This document shows positions 1 through 10,477 of a stretch of DNA of 64,000 bases, piece after piece. The number at the start of each line of letters is the position of its first letter. The stretch's first letter is position 1. The DNA is taken from contig JAQTWT010000002.1 in assembly GCA_028689145.1 (NCBI GenBank), positions 289,533 through 353,532 on the forward strand. Reading direction: 5' to 3'. The notes under the pieces were generated by a model, which saw only the letters and a list, made by a program, of their open reading frames with translations, made no database searches and was not told the origin of the DNA. A program made the translations under genes and the position numbers. Origin of the DNA: Gallionella sp. Its GTDB lineage: Bacteria; Pseudomonadota; Gammaproteobacteria; Burkholderiales; Gallionellaceae.

Positions 1-64
1 CCTGCCCCGGCATTGACCTCCAAACACGCTCAATCTCGTCCGGCTGGGTAAGGTTATGACTCAT
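1..64 (-). CDS. 5' end of an unidentified gene running off the left edge (MSHNLTQPDEIERVWRSMPGQ...)
   Basis: Minus-strand ATG at 64 preceded by GAGGAG; open to the window edge. Too short to identify. Confidence 0.45.
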   Translation of the reverse strand, partial: MSHNLTQPDEIERVWRSMPGQ

Positions 65-341
65 AAATACTCCTCAATTAACTACCGCAAACAGGGAAAC
101 AGGTTGTACCACCGCGACGGCGGTACCATTGTGCGGCAACGCACGGAGCGATGATGTCCCGCTACGCGTGAAGCCACTATCGGCGTTTGTCTGATTAACG
201 TGTAGGCGGTGGAGAAATTTTGCTATCGGTGTTTGACTGACAGGGTGGAACTGGAATAGCTGTGAAGTCGAGCCATACTATCGGGCGCAAAGTCCTGTGT
301 GGTTCGCAACAGATTGGGCTTCACCTTTTTTGGGTGTGCGC

Positions 342-1577
342 TTACTTTGGTGCAACATCCGGCAGCGCAGTGTTCTGATCGTGCATCACGATACGTGCAA
401 CGAACCAGACCGCCAGCATATTCGCCGCCATCGCGATATAACCGACCGTCGCATAATCGGTGATCATGCCACCGGCATCCTGGGTGATAACGAAGCCGGT
501 CAGCGTGGTTGCCAGCCCCATCGCAAACGCTTGCATGGTGGCATTGAGCGACATGAAAGTGCCGCGCAGTTTGGGCTGCGCCGCCGAGGTGATGATCGCC
601 ATCGCCGGAACCATGCGCCCGGATACCAGCACAAAGAATACGGTGGTGCAGACCAGCCACAGCCACAATGGCACGGCACCGATCTGCGTCACTACCAGCA
701 GCGGCAACAAAGCGGCGATGGCAACCATGCGGTAGATTCTGATCTTGCCATGCAGGTCGGCCCAGTGACCAATGCGCCGCGCGCTGATCAGTGTCGCCGC
801 ACCGCCAAACAGGTAAATATACGGGATGTCCTGTTGCGCGATACCGACGTTGCTTACCGCGTAAATGGTGATGTAAGGAATCACCGTAAAACCGGAAAAA
901 ATGATCAGCGCGGAAAACAACAGCGCGCGCAGGTGATTTGGGTCGCGCAATACGGCAAACATTGCGGCAAACGGGTGACGTTGTTTGTCTGTACTGATAT
1001 GGCGGCGCAGCTCCGGCAGGACGCGCATGCCGATGATGAGAAACGCCGCCACCATCACGGCGATGAAAATGAACGGCGCACGCCACTGGAAATAATGCGC
1101 CAGCCATAGCGACAGCGGCACACCCGCCACGGTGGACAGCGAAAATGCCACCGATATTACACCGCTGGCGCGGGCACGCCGCGCAAACGGAATTACGTCA
1201 CCGACAATGGTCTGCACCAGCGCGCCCATCACACCGCCGAACGCACCGGCCATGCCGCGCGCGATCAGCAACGTGGCATAACCGGGAGCTAGAGCGCAGG
1301 CCAGTGTTGCCGCACCGAACAGCGCGAACATCAGCAGCAACAGGCGTTTGCGCTCGAACCTGTCCACGAACGTCGCGGCAAACAGACCGGACAATGCGGC
1401 ACTGAAACTGTAAGACGCGACCAGCAGGCCGAACTCGTGCGTGCCGATACCGAACGCTTTGATCAGGATCGGCCCGAGCGGCATCATGATTATAAAATCC
1501 AGCACGTGGCTGAACTGGATGCCGGCGAGAGTGAACAGCAAATATTTTTCGCGTTGCGGGGTAAGGGGGGTTTGCAT
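342..1577 (-). CDS. MFS transporter (DHA1-like efflux family)
   Basis: 411 aa, about 12 hydrophobic segments, MFS motif A-like DRFERKR after TM2 and repeat WADLHGK in the second half. Confidence 0.9.
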   Translation of the reverse strand: MQTPLTPQREKYLLFTLAGIQFSHVLDFIIMMPLGPILIKAFGIGTHEFGLLVASYSFSAALSGLFAATFVDRFERKRLLLLMFALFGAATLACALAPGYATLLIARGMAGAFGGVMGALVQTIVGDVIPFARRARASGVISVAFSLSTVAGVPLSLWLAHYFQWRAPFIFIAVMVAAFLIIGMRVLPELRRHISTDKQRHPFAAMFAVLRDPNHLRALLFSALIIFSGFTVIPYITIYAVSNVGIAQQDIPYIYLFGGAATLISARRIGHWADLHGKIRIYRMVAIAALLPLLVVTQIGAVPLWLWLVCTTVFFVLVSGRMVPAMAIITSAAQPKLRGTFMSLNATMQAFAMGLATTLTGFVITQDAGGMITDYATVGYIAMAANMLAVWFVARIVMHDQNTALPDVAPK

Positions 1578-1724
1578 CGGCAGAATTTTAACAGACCGCT
1601 TGAATTGTCATTTCAGTGCCATTATTTGCATGCGCAAAAATGGCTTTTTCATGGCATCCATTTCAGGGTTAATCGGGAGGCCATACAGTGCTAAAATCCA
1701 TTCCTGATTTTTGAGCGTTACATC

Positions 1725-4700
1725 ATGCCGCAACCATCCTTCGTCCATCTCCGTCTGCACAGCGAATATTCCATTTCGGATGGGATGGTGCGCGTGGATG
1801 AGGCGGTCGCCGCCGCCAAGAGCGACGGAATGCCGGCGCTGGCTTTGACCGACATGAACAACGTGTTCGGGCTGATCAAATTCTACAAGTCCGCGCGCGG
1901 CGCGGGACTGAAACCGGTGGTCGGTTGCGACGTGTTCATCAGCAACGATGCCGACCGGGACCGGCCGCACCGCTTGTTGCTGCTGTGCCAGTCGCGCGAG
2001 GGTTATCTGCTACTGTGTCGTCTGTTGTCGCGCGCCTATCTGGAAAACCAGCATCGCGGCCGCGCCGAACTGCGCCGCGAATGGCTCCACGAGGGAACCA
2101 ACGGCCTGATCGCTTTATCCGGTGCGCATCTCGGCGATGTCGGCAGCGCGCTGCTGGCCGGCAACACGAAGCAGGCCAAACAGTTCGCGCAGGAATGGGC
2201 GGCGCTGTTCAACAACCGTTATTACCTCGAAGTGCAGCGCGCCGGATTTGCCGACGAGGAGCATTACATCCACGCCGCGATTCATCTGGCCGCCAAACTC
2301 GGTTTGCCGGTGGTCGCCACGCATCCGGTGCAGTTTCTCGGTATTGAAGATTTCAAAGCGCATGAGGCGCGCGTGTGTATTGCCGAAGGTTATGTGCTCA
2401 ACGATAAGCGCCGCGCCAAGAAATTCACCGCGCAGCAATATTTCAAGACGCAGGCCGAGATGGCGGAACTGTTTGCCGATCTGCCTGAAGCATTGCAGAA
2501 CAGCGTGGAGATCGCGCGCCGCTGCAATCTTTCGCTGGTGTTGGGCAAGCCGCGCCTGCCGGATTTCCCCACGCCGAACGGCGAGAGTCTTGATGATTTT
2601 CTGCGCAGCGAATCCGAGCGCGGACTGAGGCAACGCATGGTGCTGCTCTATCCCGACGAGGCCGAGCGCGCCGCCAAGCTGCCGGAATATCAGGCGCGGC
2701 TGGTGTTCGAGACCGAGACCATCATCCAGATGGGCTTTCCCGGCTACTTTTTGATCGTGGCGGACTTCATCCGCTGGGCCAAAGCCTACCGTTCCGAGGA
2801 ATTTCCCAACGGCGTGCCGGTAGGCCCCGGGCGCGGCTCCGGCGCGGGTTCGCTGGTGGCGTACTGTCTGCTCATCACCGACCTTGATCCGCTGCGCTAC
2901 GAGCTGCTGTTCGAGCGTTTCCTGAACCCGGAACGTGTGTCGATGCCCGACTTCGACGTGGACTTCTGTCAGGACGGGCGTGAGCTGGTCATCAATTATG
3001 TGAAGGACAAGTACGGCGCGCAGTGCGTGTCGCAGATTGCCACCTTCGGCACGATGGCATCCAAGGCGGTGATCCGCGATGTCGGTCGCGTGATGGATTT
3101 CCCGTACGGACTGTGCGACAGCCTGTCCAAGGCGATCCCGGTGGAGGGGGTGAAGCCGGTGTCGCTGAAAAAAGCGCGCGAGATGGAGCCGGAGATCAAC
3201 GCGATCGCCGAACGCGAGGAGGGTGTGCCGGAGTTGCTGGAACTGGCCGGACGCCTCGAGGATCTGACGCGCAACGTCGGTATGCACGCCGGCGGCGTGT
3301 TGATCGCGCCGGGGCAGCTCACCGATTTCTGTCCGCTGTATTGCGCCGACAGCAGCACCAGCGTGGTCAGCCAGTTCGACAAGGACGATGTCGAGGCGAT
3401 CGGTCTGGTGAAATTCGACTTTCTCGGCCTGCGTACTCTGACCATCCTCGACTGGGCGATGCGCCATGTCGCGCGGCTGTGCGGCGGCACCGCACCATTC
3501 ACGCTGGAGACGATGCCGCTGGACGACAAGGCGAGTTATGATCTGCTGAAAGCCTGCAATACCACCGCGGTGTTCCAGCTGGAATCGCGCGGCATGAAAG
3601 ACCTGATCAAGCGCCTGCAGCCGGATACCTTCGAGGACATCGTCGCACTGGTCGCGCTGTTCCGCCCGGGCCCGCTGGAATCCGGCATGGTCGAGGACTT
3701 CATCAACCGCAAACACGGCAAGGCCACCGCCGATTATTTCCATCCCGACCTGGAAGTCTCGCTCAAGCCGACCTACGGTGTGATCGTGTACCAGGAACAG
3801 GTGATGCAGATATCGCAAATTATTGGCGGCTACACGCTAGGCGGCGCGGACATGCTGCGCCGCGCGATGGGCAAAAAGAACCCGGAAGAGATGGCCAAAC
3901 ATCGCGACATCTTCGTCGGCGGCGCGGTCAAGCGCGGCATCGACGACAAGCTGGCGACGCGGCTGTTCGACCTGATGGAGATGTTCGCCGGCTACGGCTT
4001 TAACAAATCGCACTCGGCGGCCTATGCGCTGGTGGCCTACCAAACCGCTTACCTGAAGGCGCATTATCCGGCCGCGTTCATGGCGGCGACAATGTCGGCC
4101 GATCTGGACAATACCGAGAAGGTGCGTACCTTCTATGCCGATACGCTGCAGCAAAAACTGCGCGTGCTGCTGCCGGATGTAAACAGTTCGGGCTACGCGT
4201 TTTCCCCGGTGGACGATCAGACCATTGCTTACGGGCTGGGTGCGATCAAGGGTACCGGCGAGGCGGCGATTGCCAGCATCGTCAAGGCACGCGCGAGCGG
4301 GCCGTTCAAGGATCTGTTCGATTTCTGCCGCCGCGTGGACAAGCGCATCGTCAACCGGCGCACCATCGAGACGCTGATCCGCGCCGGTGCCTTCGACACC
4401 ATCAGCGATCACCGCGCCGCGCTGATGGCCAGCGTGGACGCGGCGCTGACCAGTGCCGATCAGCAGGCGCGGGCGGCCAACCAGAACAGTTTGTTCGGAC
4501 ACGACGAAGCGGATGCGGTATTGATCGTGCAGACCGCCGATGTGCCGCGCTGGCGCTTGCGCGAGCAACTGGCGCACGAGAAAACCAGTCTGGGTATCTA
4601 TCTGGGCGGGCATCCCTATCAGGAATATGCGGCGGAGCTGGCCAATTTCATCAAGGTAAAATTGGGCGACCTGACCCCGCAATTTGCCTCGCGCGCGGAA

Positions 4701-5234
4701 GATCGCGGGCACCGGGCGGAAGATAAATCGCGGCGCGGCGTGCCGGTGGTGCTGGCGGGTATCGTATCGGGTTTTCGCATTCAGCAGACGCGGCGCGGAC
4801 GCATGGCCATCGTTACGCTGGATGACGGCAGCGCGCAGACGGAGTTGACGGTATTCAACGAAATCTACGAGGCCAACCGCCTGTGGATACGCGAGGACGA
4901 ATTGCTGGTGGTACGCGGCAGAGCCAGTCTGGACGAATATTCCGGCAACATGCGCGTGAGCGGGGAAGAGTTGTTCGACTTCGCCTCGGCACGCTCCCAT
5001 TTTGCGCAGCAACTGTCATTGCGCTGCAACGGCAGCATCGGTGTCGCGCAATTCAAGAAGATATTTACACCGTGGCGCGACGGCAAATGCCCGGTGCAGA
5101 TTCACTACCGCAACGATGACGCAACTTGCCAATTGCGCCTGAGCGAAGCGTGGCAGGTAACCTTGCACGACGATTTGCTGCATGATTTGCGCGAGCTGTT
5201 GCAGCCGGAGAACGTCAAGGTAATTTATGCCTGA
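1725..5234 (+). CDS. dnaE: DNA polymerase III alpha subunit
   Basis: N-terminal PHP domain (HLRLHSEYS), GPGRGSGAGSLVAY, PDFDVDF catalytic motif, YGFNKSHSAAY, C-terminal OB fold. Confidence 0.98.
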   Translation: MPQPSFVHLRLHSEYSISDGMVRVDEAVAAAKSDGMPALALTDMNNVFGLIKFYKSARGAGLKPVVGCDVFISNDADRDRPHRLLLLCQSREGYLLLCRLLSRAYLENQHRGRAELRREWLHEGTNGLIALSGAHLGDVGSALLAGNTKQAKQFAQEWAALFNNRYYLEVQRAGFADEEHYIHAAIHLAAKLGLPVVATHPVQFLGIEDFKAHEARVCIAEGYVLNDKRRAKKFTAQQYFKTQAEMAELFADLPEALQNSVEIARRCNLSLVLGKPRLPDFPTPNGESLDDFLRSESERGLRQRMVLLYPDEAERAAKLPEYQARLVFETETIIQMGFPGYFLIVADFIRWAKAYRSEEFPNGVPVGPGRGSGAGSLVAYCLLITDLDPLRYELLFERFLNPERVSMPDFDVDFCQDGRELVINYVKDKYGAQCVSQIATFGTMASKAVIRDVGRVMDFPYGLCDSLSKAIPVEGVKPVSLKKAREMEPEINAIAEREEGVPELLELAGRLEDLTRNVGMHAGGVLIAPGQLTDFCPLYCADSSTSVVSQFDKDDVEAIGLVKFDFLGLRTLTILDWAMRHVARLCGGTAPFTLETMPLDDKASYDLLKACNTTAVFQLESRGMKDLIKRLQPDTFEDIVALVALFRPGPLESGMVEDFINRKHGKATADYFHPDLEVSLKPTYGVIVYQEQVMQISQIIGGYTLGGADMLRRAMGKKNPEEMAKHRDIFVGGAVKRGIDDKLATRLFDLMEMFAGYGFNKSHSAAYALVAYQTAYLKAHYPAAFMAATMSADLDNTEKVRTFYADTLQQKLRVLLPDVNSSGYAFSPVDDQTIAYGLGAIKGTGEAAIASIVKARASGPFKDLFDFCRRVDKRIVNRRTIETLIRAGAFDTISDHRAALMASVDAALTSADQQARAANQNSLFGHDEADAVLIVQTADVPRWRLREQLAHEKTSLGIYLGGHPYQEYAAELANFIKVKLGDLTPQFASRAEDRGHRAEDKSRRGVPVVLAGIVSGFRIQQTRRGRMAIVTLDDGSAQTELTVFNEIYEANRLWIREDELLVVRGRASLDEYSGNMRVSGEELFDFASARSHFAQQLSLRCNGSIGVAQFKKIFTPWRDGKCPVQIHYRNDDATCQLRLSEAWQVTLHDDLLHDLRELLQPENVKVIYA

Positions 5235-5344
5235 AGCTCCCGAGCCCTTCTTTATGCATGGAACGTTCTAGTCGAGAAATTTCACGCGATGCGCCCTAAA
5301 TGCTAGAATAATAAGCTCAAATACACGGGTACAAACCAGCACAG

Positions 5345-7054
5345 ATGGAAACATCCAATTCAACATCGCAGCCCATCGGCGCATTGTTGCTGCAACGTGC
5401 GCTGATTAATGCCCAAGATATAGACAAGGCATTGGCGTTTCAGCAGCAGTTCAAGGGACGTTTTGGCGCAATACTCGTCCGTATTGGAGCCATTTCAGAA
5501 GATGCCCTGTTGCCCGTTCTTGCCGAGCAGCTCAATTTGCCTTTGTTCGGCAGCGACGAGCTGCGTATACCGCACGAAACAATTCTGAATACTATCCAGC
5601 TAAGCGGGCTTTCACCCGCATGGTTCCAAGATCAACATGTGCTGGTATGGGAAGATGAAGAGGGCATTATTCAATGCGCCTCGCGTGACCCGATTGACAG
5701 CAATCTGCAGGAAACTCTTTCCGCGGCCTATCTGCCCCGCACGCTGAAATGGGGGTTTGCCCGCACCCATGATATCGAGAATGCGCTTAAACCCCTACAG
5801 CAAAGCTCTCACGAAGGATTGCACGATGAAATAGCGCACTTGCGCGAACTCGCCGAAGAAGCTCCGATTGTCGAGCTGGTCAATAATCTGCTATCGCAGG
5901 CCGTCGACGATAATGCATCGGATATTCATCTGGAACCGGAGGAACGTTCTTTCGTGGTGCGCTACCGCATCGACGGTGTATTGCACCTGCGCATGACTTT
6001 GCCGCGCGAGCGTTTTGATGCAGTCGCTTCGCGCATCAAACTCATTTCCAACATGGATATCGCCGAGCGGCGACTGCCGCAGGACGGACGTATTTCCACC
6101 CGCGCCAGCGGCGTGGAGATGGATATTCGCGTTTCCTGCGTGCCGGGTGTCAATGGCGAATCCATTGTCATGCGTCTATTGCCCAAAGAACGTGCCGACC
6201 TCGATCTCAATTCCATGGGGATGGAATCCGACCATTTGCGACAATTTCTCCAATGCATCAATGAACCGCACGGAATTATGCTGGTAACCGGACCGACCGG
6301 TTCCGGTAAAAGCACCACGCTCTATGCAGGCCTGGAAAAAGCCAACGACCGGACGCGAAAAATCATTACGGTGGAAGATCCGGTCGAGTACAAAATGCCC
6401 GGCATTATCCAAATCCAGACCCAGAGTGACATCGGCTACACTTTTGCGCGCGCCCTGCGTGCCATTTTGCGTCAGGATCCGGACATCATCATGATCGGCG
6501 AAATCCGTGATTTGGAGACCGCTGAAATTGCGGTGCAATCGGCACTCACCGGACATATGGTGCTATCCACTTTGCACACCAATGATTCCCTGAGCGCCTT
6601 CACACGCTTGCTGGATATGGGCGTAGAACCTTTTCTGGTTTCATCTGCCGTGCGTGCCGTACAGGCACAGCGCTTGGTACGCAAACTGTGCAACAAATGC
6701 GCTGTGCCGGCAGAACCTTCGCAAAACTTTGTCGAAGCTACTGAAAAAATAAAAGCCCGGGTTCCCCATCTGTTCCAGGGGAAATCCGCCTGGAGAATTG
6801 CCAAGGGCTGCCCGGATTGCCGGGGCAGCGGCTATCGCGGACGGCTCGGTATATACGAATTTCTTGAAGTTACCCCGCCAATTCAAGAAGCCATCATGCG
6901 TCACGAGTCGCCGGCCGGGATGCTGAGACTCGCACAGCAGCAGGGCTACCGCAATCTCCGGGAAGATGGAATCATCAAGGCCTGGCGGGGGCTTACCAGC
7001 ACAGATGAAGTATTGCGCGTTACCGGCTTGAGCGATGCCGGGGAGACCATCTGA
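5345..7054 (+). CDS. gspE: Type II secretion ATPase GspE
   Basis: Walker A GPTGSGKST, RQDPDIIMIGE, His box HMVLSTLHTN, tetracysteine CNKC...CPDC. Confidence 0.93.
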   Translation: METSNSTSQPIGALLLQRALINAQDIDKALAFQQQFKGRFGAILVRIGAISEDALLPVLAEQLNLPLFGSDELRIPHETILNTIQLSGLSPAWFQDQHVLVWEDEEGIIQCASRDPIDSNLQETLSAAYLPRTLKWGFARTHDIENALKPLQQSSHEGLHDEIAHLRELAEEAPIVELVNNLLSQAVDDNASDIHLEPEERSFVVRYRIDGVLHLRMTLPRERFDAVASRIKLISNMDIAERRLPQDGRISTRASGVEMDIRVSCVPGVNGESIVMRLLPKERADLDLNSMGMESDHLRQFLQCINEPHGIMLVTGPTGSGKSTTLYAGLEKANDRTRKIITVEDPVEYKMPGIIQIQTQSDIGYTFARALRAILRQDPDIIMIGEIRDLETAEIAVQSALTGHMVLSTLHTNDSLSAFTRLLDMGVEPFLVSSAVRAVQAQRLVRKLCNKCAVPAEPSQNFVEATEKIKARVPHLFQGKSAWRIAKGCPDCRGSGYRGRLGIYEFLEVTPPIQEAIMRHESPAGMLRLAQQQGYRNLREDGIIKAWRGLTSTDEVLRVTGLSDAGETI

Positions 7055-8256
7055 TGGATTTTCAGTATCAGGCTGCCAATGCGGAAGGGCATGTGCTGAC
7101 GGGTCAAATCAGCGCCGCCAATGACCGTGAAGCGATGCGCCTGCTGCAACAGCAAAATCTGGTACCGATTTCCATTACGAATGCCGCGACAAACCAGCCC
7201 CTTGGACGCGCGCACAATAAAAAAGCCAGCAATCAGGACAAAACGCTGGCGATACAGGAACTGACAACCCTGCTCAATGCCGGCGTGCCTTTGGCCGAAT
7301 CGGTAGACTCGATCAGCATCGCGCATGCAGGAACAGCTATCGGCACGGCCTTCGCCAACGCGCTAAGCGCGTTGCGGCGCGGCGAACGGTTTTCCGAGGC
7401 GTTGCGTTTGACCGAACTTGATCTGCCCACCTACCTGTACCAATTGGTTGCGGCGGGCGAGTTAACCGGAAAGCTCGGCCTGTCATTGCAGACCGCGGTT
7501 GCACAAATGGAATATGAAGATCGCATGCGCCAGGAAATGCGCAACGCGCTGACCTATCCGGCGATACTTGTCGTTGCCGGCATCTCCGCAATATTGCTGG
7601 TGTTTATCGTGGTCGTGCCAAAATTTGCCAGCCTGCTCAAGGGCAATACGGCGAACATCCCGCTGCTGTCCAAATGGGTCATCGGTACCGGGATGTTCGT
7701 GCAGGCCAATCTGCTCTGGGTCGGTCTGATTTCATTGGCCCTGGTCATGGGAACAGTTGCTGCGCTGCGTAACCCGGTTATGCGGAGCCGGGCCTTTGAA
7801 GGGCTGGTAAGTGTGCCGATACTGGGACGATGGATCGTGGAGACGGAAATGGGCCGCTGGGCATCCATGTTAAGCGCGCTACTGGAAAATCGCGTTCCCA
7901 TCATTACCGCGATGGAACTGGCACTGAGCGGCGTTAAAGTTTCCACGTTGCGCAACAGTTTGCAACAGGTGCTACGCGATGTGCGCGGCGGCGCACGCTT
8001 TGCCGATGCGCTGGCCACCAATCGCGCGCTGGGAGCGACAGGTATTAATCTGGTGCGCGTGGGCGAACGCTCCGGTGCGCTTGCGCCGATGTTGCGCGCA
8101 TTGTCTACACTGCATGAAAATGCCGGACGCGATAGAATGAAACGCTTCCTGCTTTTGCTCGAGCCGATTGCCATTATATTGATTGGAATCGTGATTGGCG
8201 TAATCATGGTTGCCATCATGCTCGCGGTGACCAGCATGAATGACAGCGTCAGTTAA
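7054..8256 (+). CDS. gspF: Type II secretion inner-membrane platform GspF
   Basis: Two T2SSF repeats (ELTTLLNAGVPL; GERSGAL), YPAIL and EPIAI TM motifs; TGATG-coupled to gspE. Confidence 0.92.
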   Translation: MDFQYQAANAEGHVLTGQISAANDREAMRLLQQQNLVPISITNAATNQPLGRAHNKKASNQDKTLAIQELTTLLNAGVPLAESVDSISIAHAGTAIGTAFANALSALRRGERFSEALRLTELDLPTYLYQLVAAGELTGKLGLSLQTAVAQMEYEDRMRQEMRNALTYPAILVVAGISAILLVFIVVVPKFASLLKGNTANIPLLSKWVIGTGMFVQANLLWVGLISLALVMGTVAALRNPVMRSRAFEGLVSVPILGRWIVETEMGRWASMLSALLENRVPIITAMELALSGVKVSTLRNSLQQVLRDVRGGARFADALATNRALGATGINLVRVGERSGALAPMLRALSTLHENAGRDRMKRFLLLLEPIAIILIGIVIGVIMVAIMLAVTSMNDSVS

Positions 8257-8301
8257 TGTTTGCAAAATGAATAACAGAATATTTACACGGGAATTAGCTC
8301 A

Positions 8302-8745
8302 ATGAATGATTCACTTAAAACACAGCGGGGTTTCACCCTCATCGAAATGCTCGTGGTACTGGTTATCATTGGCATGTTGGCAGGATTGGTCGGCCCAAGG
8401 CTGTTTGGCCGCGTGGACAGTTCCAAAGTAAAAACTGCCGAAGTGCAAATCAAAATGTTCAAAGGATCGCTGGAAACCTTTCGTCTTGATGTGGGCAGAT
8501 TTCCGACCCAGGCAGAAGGCCTGCTGGTGTTGAATCAGTCACCCACCGAGGAGCTAGCCCGCGCGCATTGGCGCGGCCCTTATCTCGACCAGGATGTTCC
8601 GCTCGATCCGTGGAACAACCCGTATCTTTACAGCCTGCCCGGAGCCAATGGCCAACCTTTTGCGCTCTATTCGCTCGGCGGAGACAATAAGCGCGGCGGC
8701 GAAGGCACGGATGCCGATATCGGGGTGTTGCCGCCGTCCCAGTAA
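8302..8745 (+). CDS. gspG: Major pseudopilin GspG
   Basis: Class III signal QRG/FTLIEMLVV, W-x-GPYL, DPWNNPY, SLGGDNKRGGEG motifs. Confidence 0.95.
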   Translation: MNDSLKTQRGFTLIEMLVVLVIIGMLAGLVGPRLFGRVDSSKVKTAEVQIKMFKGSLETFRLDVGRFPTQAEGLLVLNQSPTEELARAHWRGPYLDQDVPLDPWNNPYLYSLPGANGQPFALYSLGGDNKRGGEGTDADIGVLPPSQ

Positions 8746-8969
8746 CAGCGCGCATTGCGACAAGTTAAATGCGAACGGATTCATGGCTAATTTGTAACTG
8801 CTCAATACCCCTGAAAACCGAAGTTGACTGTGTGCATTTCTATAATGGCCTGCTTAATGTTTGATTCAGGCGATGTTGTTCAGTTTTGGGTACACCATTG
8901 GCAGAAGCCGGGCATGCCCGAGATCAAACAACCCGCATGCATAACTCGCTCCGAATTTAAACTGTTTTT

Positions 8970-9404
8970 ATGACACACCGTTCCGCTGCAGGCAGCACGC
9001 AAAAATATCTCAACGGATTTACATTGATCGAGATACTGGTCGTCCTGGTGCTGGTTGGACTGTTGGCGGGCGTTGCCCTGCCGAGCATGCATGCAATCTC
9101 GCAGCGTTATGAAATTGCCGCCCAACGGGAAACCATACTGACCGAGATCAGCACCTTGGGATACCGTGCCTACAATAGCGGCCAAGCGACGGAGCTTGCT
9201 TCACTGGCGGCATCGGCAGTCAGAAACACCCCCCTCAGCATTCCTCCCGGATGGCGGATTGAAGCTCCGCAACCGATACGTTACAGCTTCAACGGCATTT
9301 GTAGCGGCGGAAAAATTACCCTTATTGGGCCGGACGAATTTCGCGAAAAATTCCAACTTAACCCGCCGCTGTGCAAACCGGCGACAGACAAAGGCGTGCC
9401 ATGA
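8970..9404 (+). CDS. gspH: Minor pseudopilin, GspH-like
   Basis: G/FTLIEILVVLVLVG prepilin motif; position after gspG. Confidence 0.7.
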   Translation: MTHRSAAGSTQKYLNGFTLIEILVVLVLVGLLAGVALPSMHAISQRYEIAAQRETILTEISTLGYRAYNSGQATELASLAASAVRNTPLSIPPGWRIEAPQPIRYSFNGICSGGKITLIGPDEFREKFQLNPPLCKPATDKGVP

Positions 9405-9835
9405 ACAGCATTCGGGGCCGCAAACAGCAGGGCTTTACCCTGATAGAAGCCATCGTCGCGCTGGTGCTAATCGCCACGACAGGCATGGCATTATTCAGCT
9501 GGATCAACAGCAACATCATCACCCTGAACCGCATTCAGGAAAGTAACGCTGAAAATACAGCCACCTTAAATGCTCTGGAATACATGAACAATATCAATCC
9601 GATGATATTGCCGGAAGGGCAAGCCAATCTCGGTTCGTATCGTTTGTCGTGGCAAGCAGAAGCGGCCACAGAACCGCGCGATGGAGCTGCCTACCCTTTT
9701 GGTCTCGGCTTCTATCAGCTCAGTCTTTATCAAACCAAGGTAACCATACAAAAGCCGGATGGGAAATTCTGGTTTTCCTTCACGTTGCAGCAAGTGGGCT
9801 ATAAAAAAGCGCGCGAATTATTAACGCCTTTCTAA
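9401..9835 (+). CDS. gspI: Minor pseudopilin, GspI-like
   Basis: G/FTLIEAIVAL motif; start moved to ATG 9401, which overlaps the upstream stop (ATGA). Confidence 0.7.
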   Translation: MNSIRGRKQQGFTLIEAIVALVLIATTGMALFSWINSNIITLNRIQESNAENTATLNALEYMNNINPMILPEGQANLGSYRLSWQAEAATEPRDGAAYPFGLGFYQLSLYQTKVTIQKPDGKFWFSFTLQQVGYKKARELLTPF

Positions 9836-9856
9836 TCCGGATATTCCATACTCAAA

Positions 9857-10477
9857 GTGTGCAACAACATCAAAACTGACCGGCATACCCAGACAGGTTT
9901 CACCCTGATCGAAGTGTTGGTGGTTCTCATTATTGTCGGCATGACAAGCGGGGTGTTATTTCAGGCACTTGAACGAGCCTACCAATTGCAACAACGCTTC
10001 GGGATGGAATTATTCAATATGCAGCATGTCCAGATGGCTACGGACTGGTATCGCCAGACAGTCCAAGGGTTGCACCCGGATTATCCGAACGGCCAACACA
10101 TATTTCACGGTGATGACAGAGAATTTTCCGGCTTAACCAACAATCCGCTCAGCGACGAATATGGCGCACCGACTCCGTTCATCTGGAAGCTCAGGGATAA
10201 GCCGCAAGACGGTATCACCGAGCTGGTTTACATCGAGGAAGAACGCGAGGCAATAGTCTTGGTCTTGCGCGGTAACCAGACACGATTCATTTATTTTGAC
10301 GAGAAACAGGTGTCCTCCGATAGCTGGCCCCCCCCTCTTGGGCTATCGACACAACTACCGAAACAAATCCAGTTAATGGTTAAAGATTCCATTGCCCCCC
10401 TCAACGTTGTCGCCTCGCCTATGGGTACGTCCAAGCGCCCGGCGCGCCCGCAAGATTTTATCGGGGGCCCCCAGTGA
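9857..10477 (+). CDS. gspJ: Minor pseudopilin, GspJ-like
   Basis: G/FTLIEVLVV motif; gene order H-I-J-K. Confidence 0.7.
   Translation: MCNNIKTDRHTQTGFTLIEVLVVLIIVGMTSGVLFQALERAYQLQQRFGMELFNMQHVQMATDWYRQTVQGLHPDYPNGQHIFHGDDREFSGLTNNPLSDEYGAPTPFIWKLRDKPQDGITELVYIEEEREAIVLVLRGNQTRFIYFDEKQVSSDSWPPPLGLSTQLPKQIQLMVKDSIAPLNVVASPMGTSKRPARPQDFIGGPQ

Noticed and set aside
4695-4725. Short RAED duplication in DnaE (GCGGAAGAT twice)
   Set aside because: A small indel in a variable linker before the OB fold; no sign of an intein or mobile insert.
2115-5012. Long minus-strand ORFs (567 and 391 aa) opposite dnaE
   Set aside because: Antisense shadows typical of high-GC coding DNA; no motifs or RBS. The same applies to shadows of hemN, asmA, ffh and cobQ.
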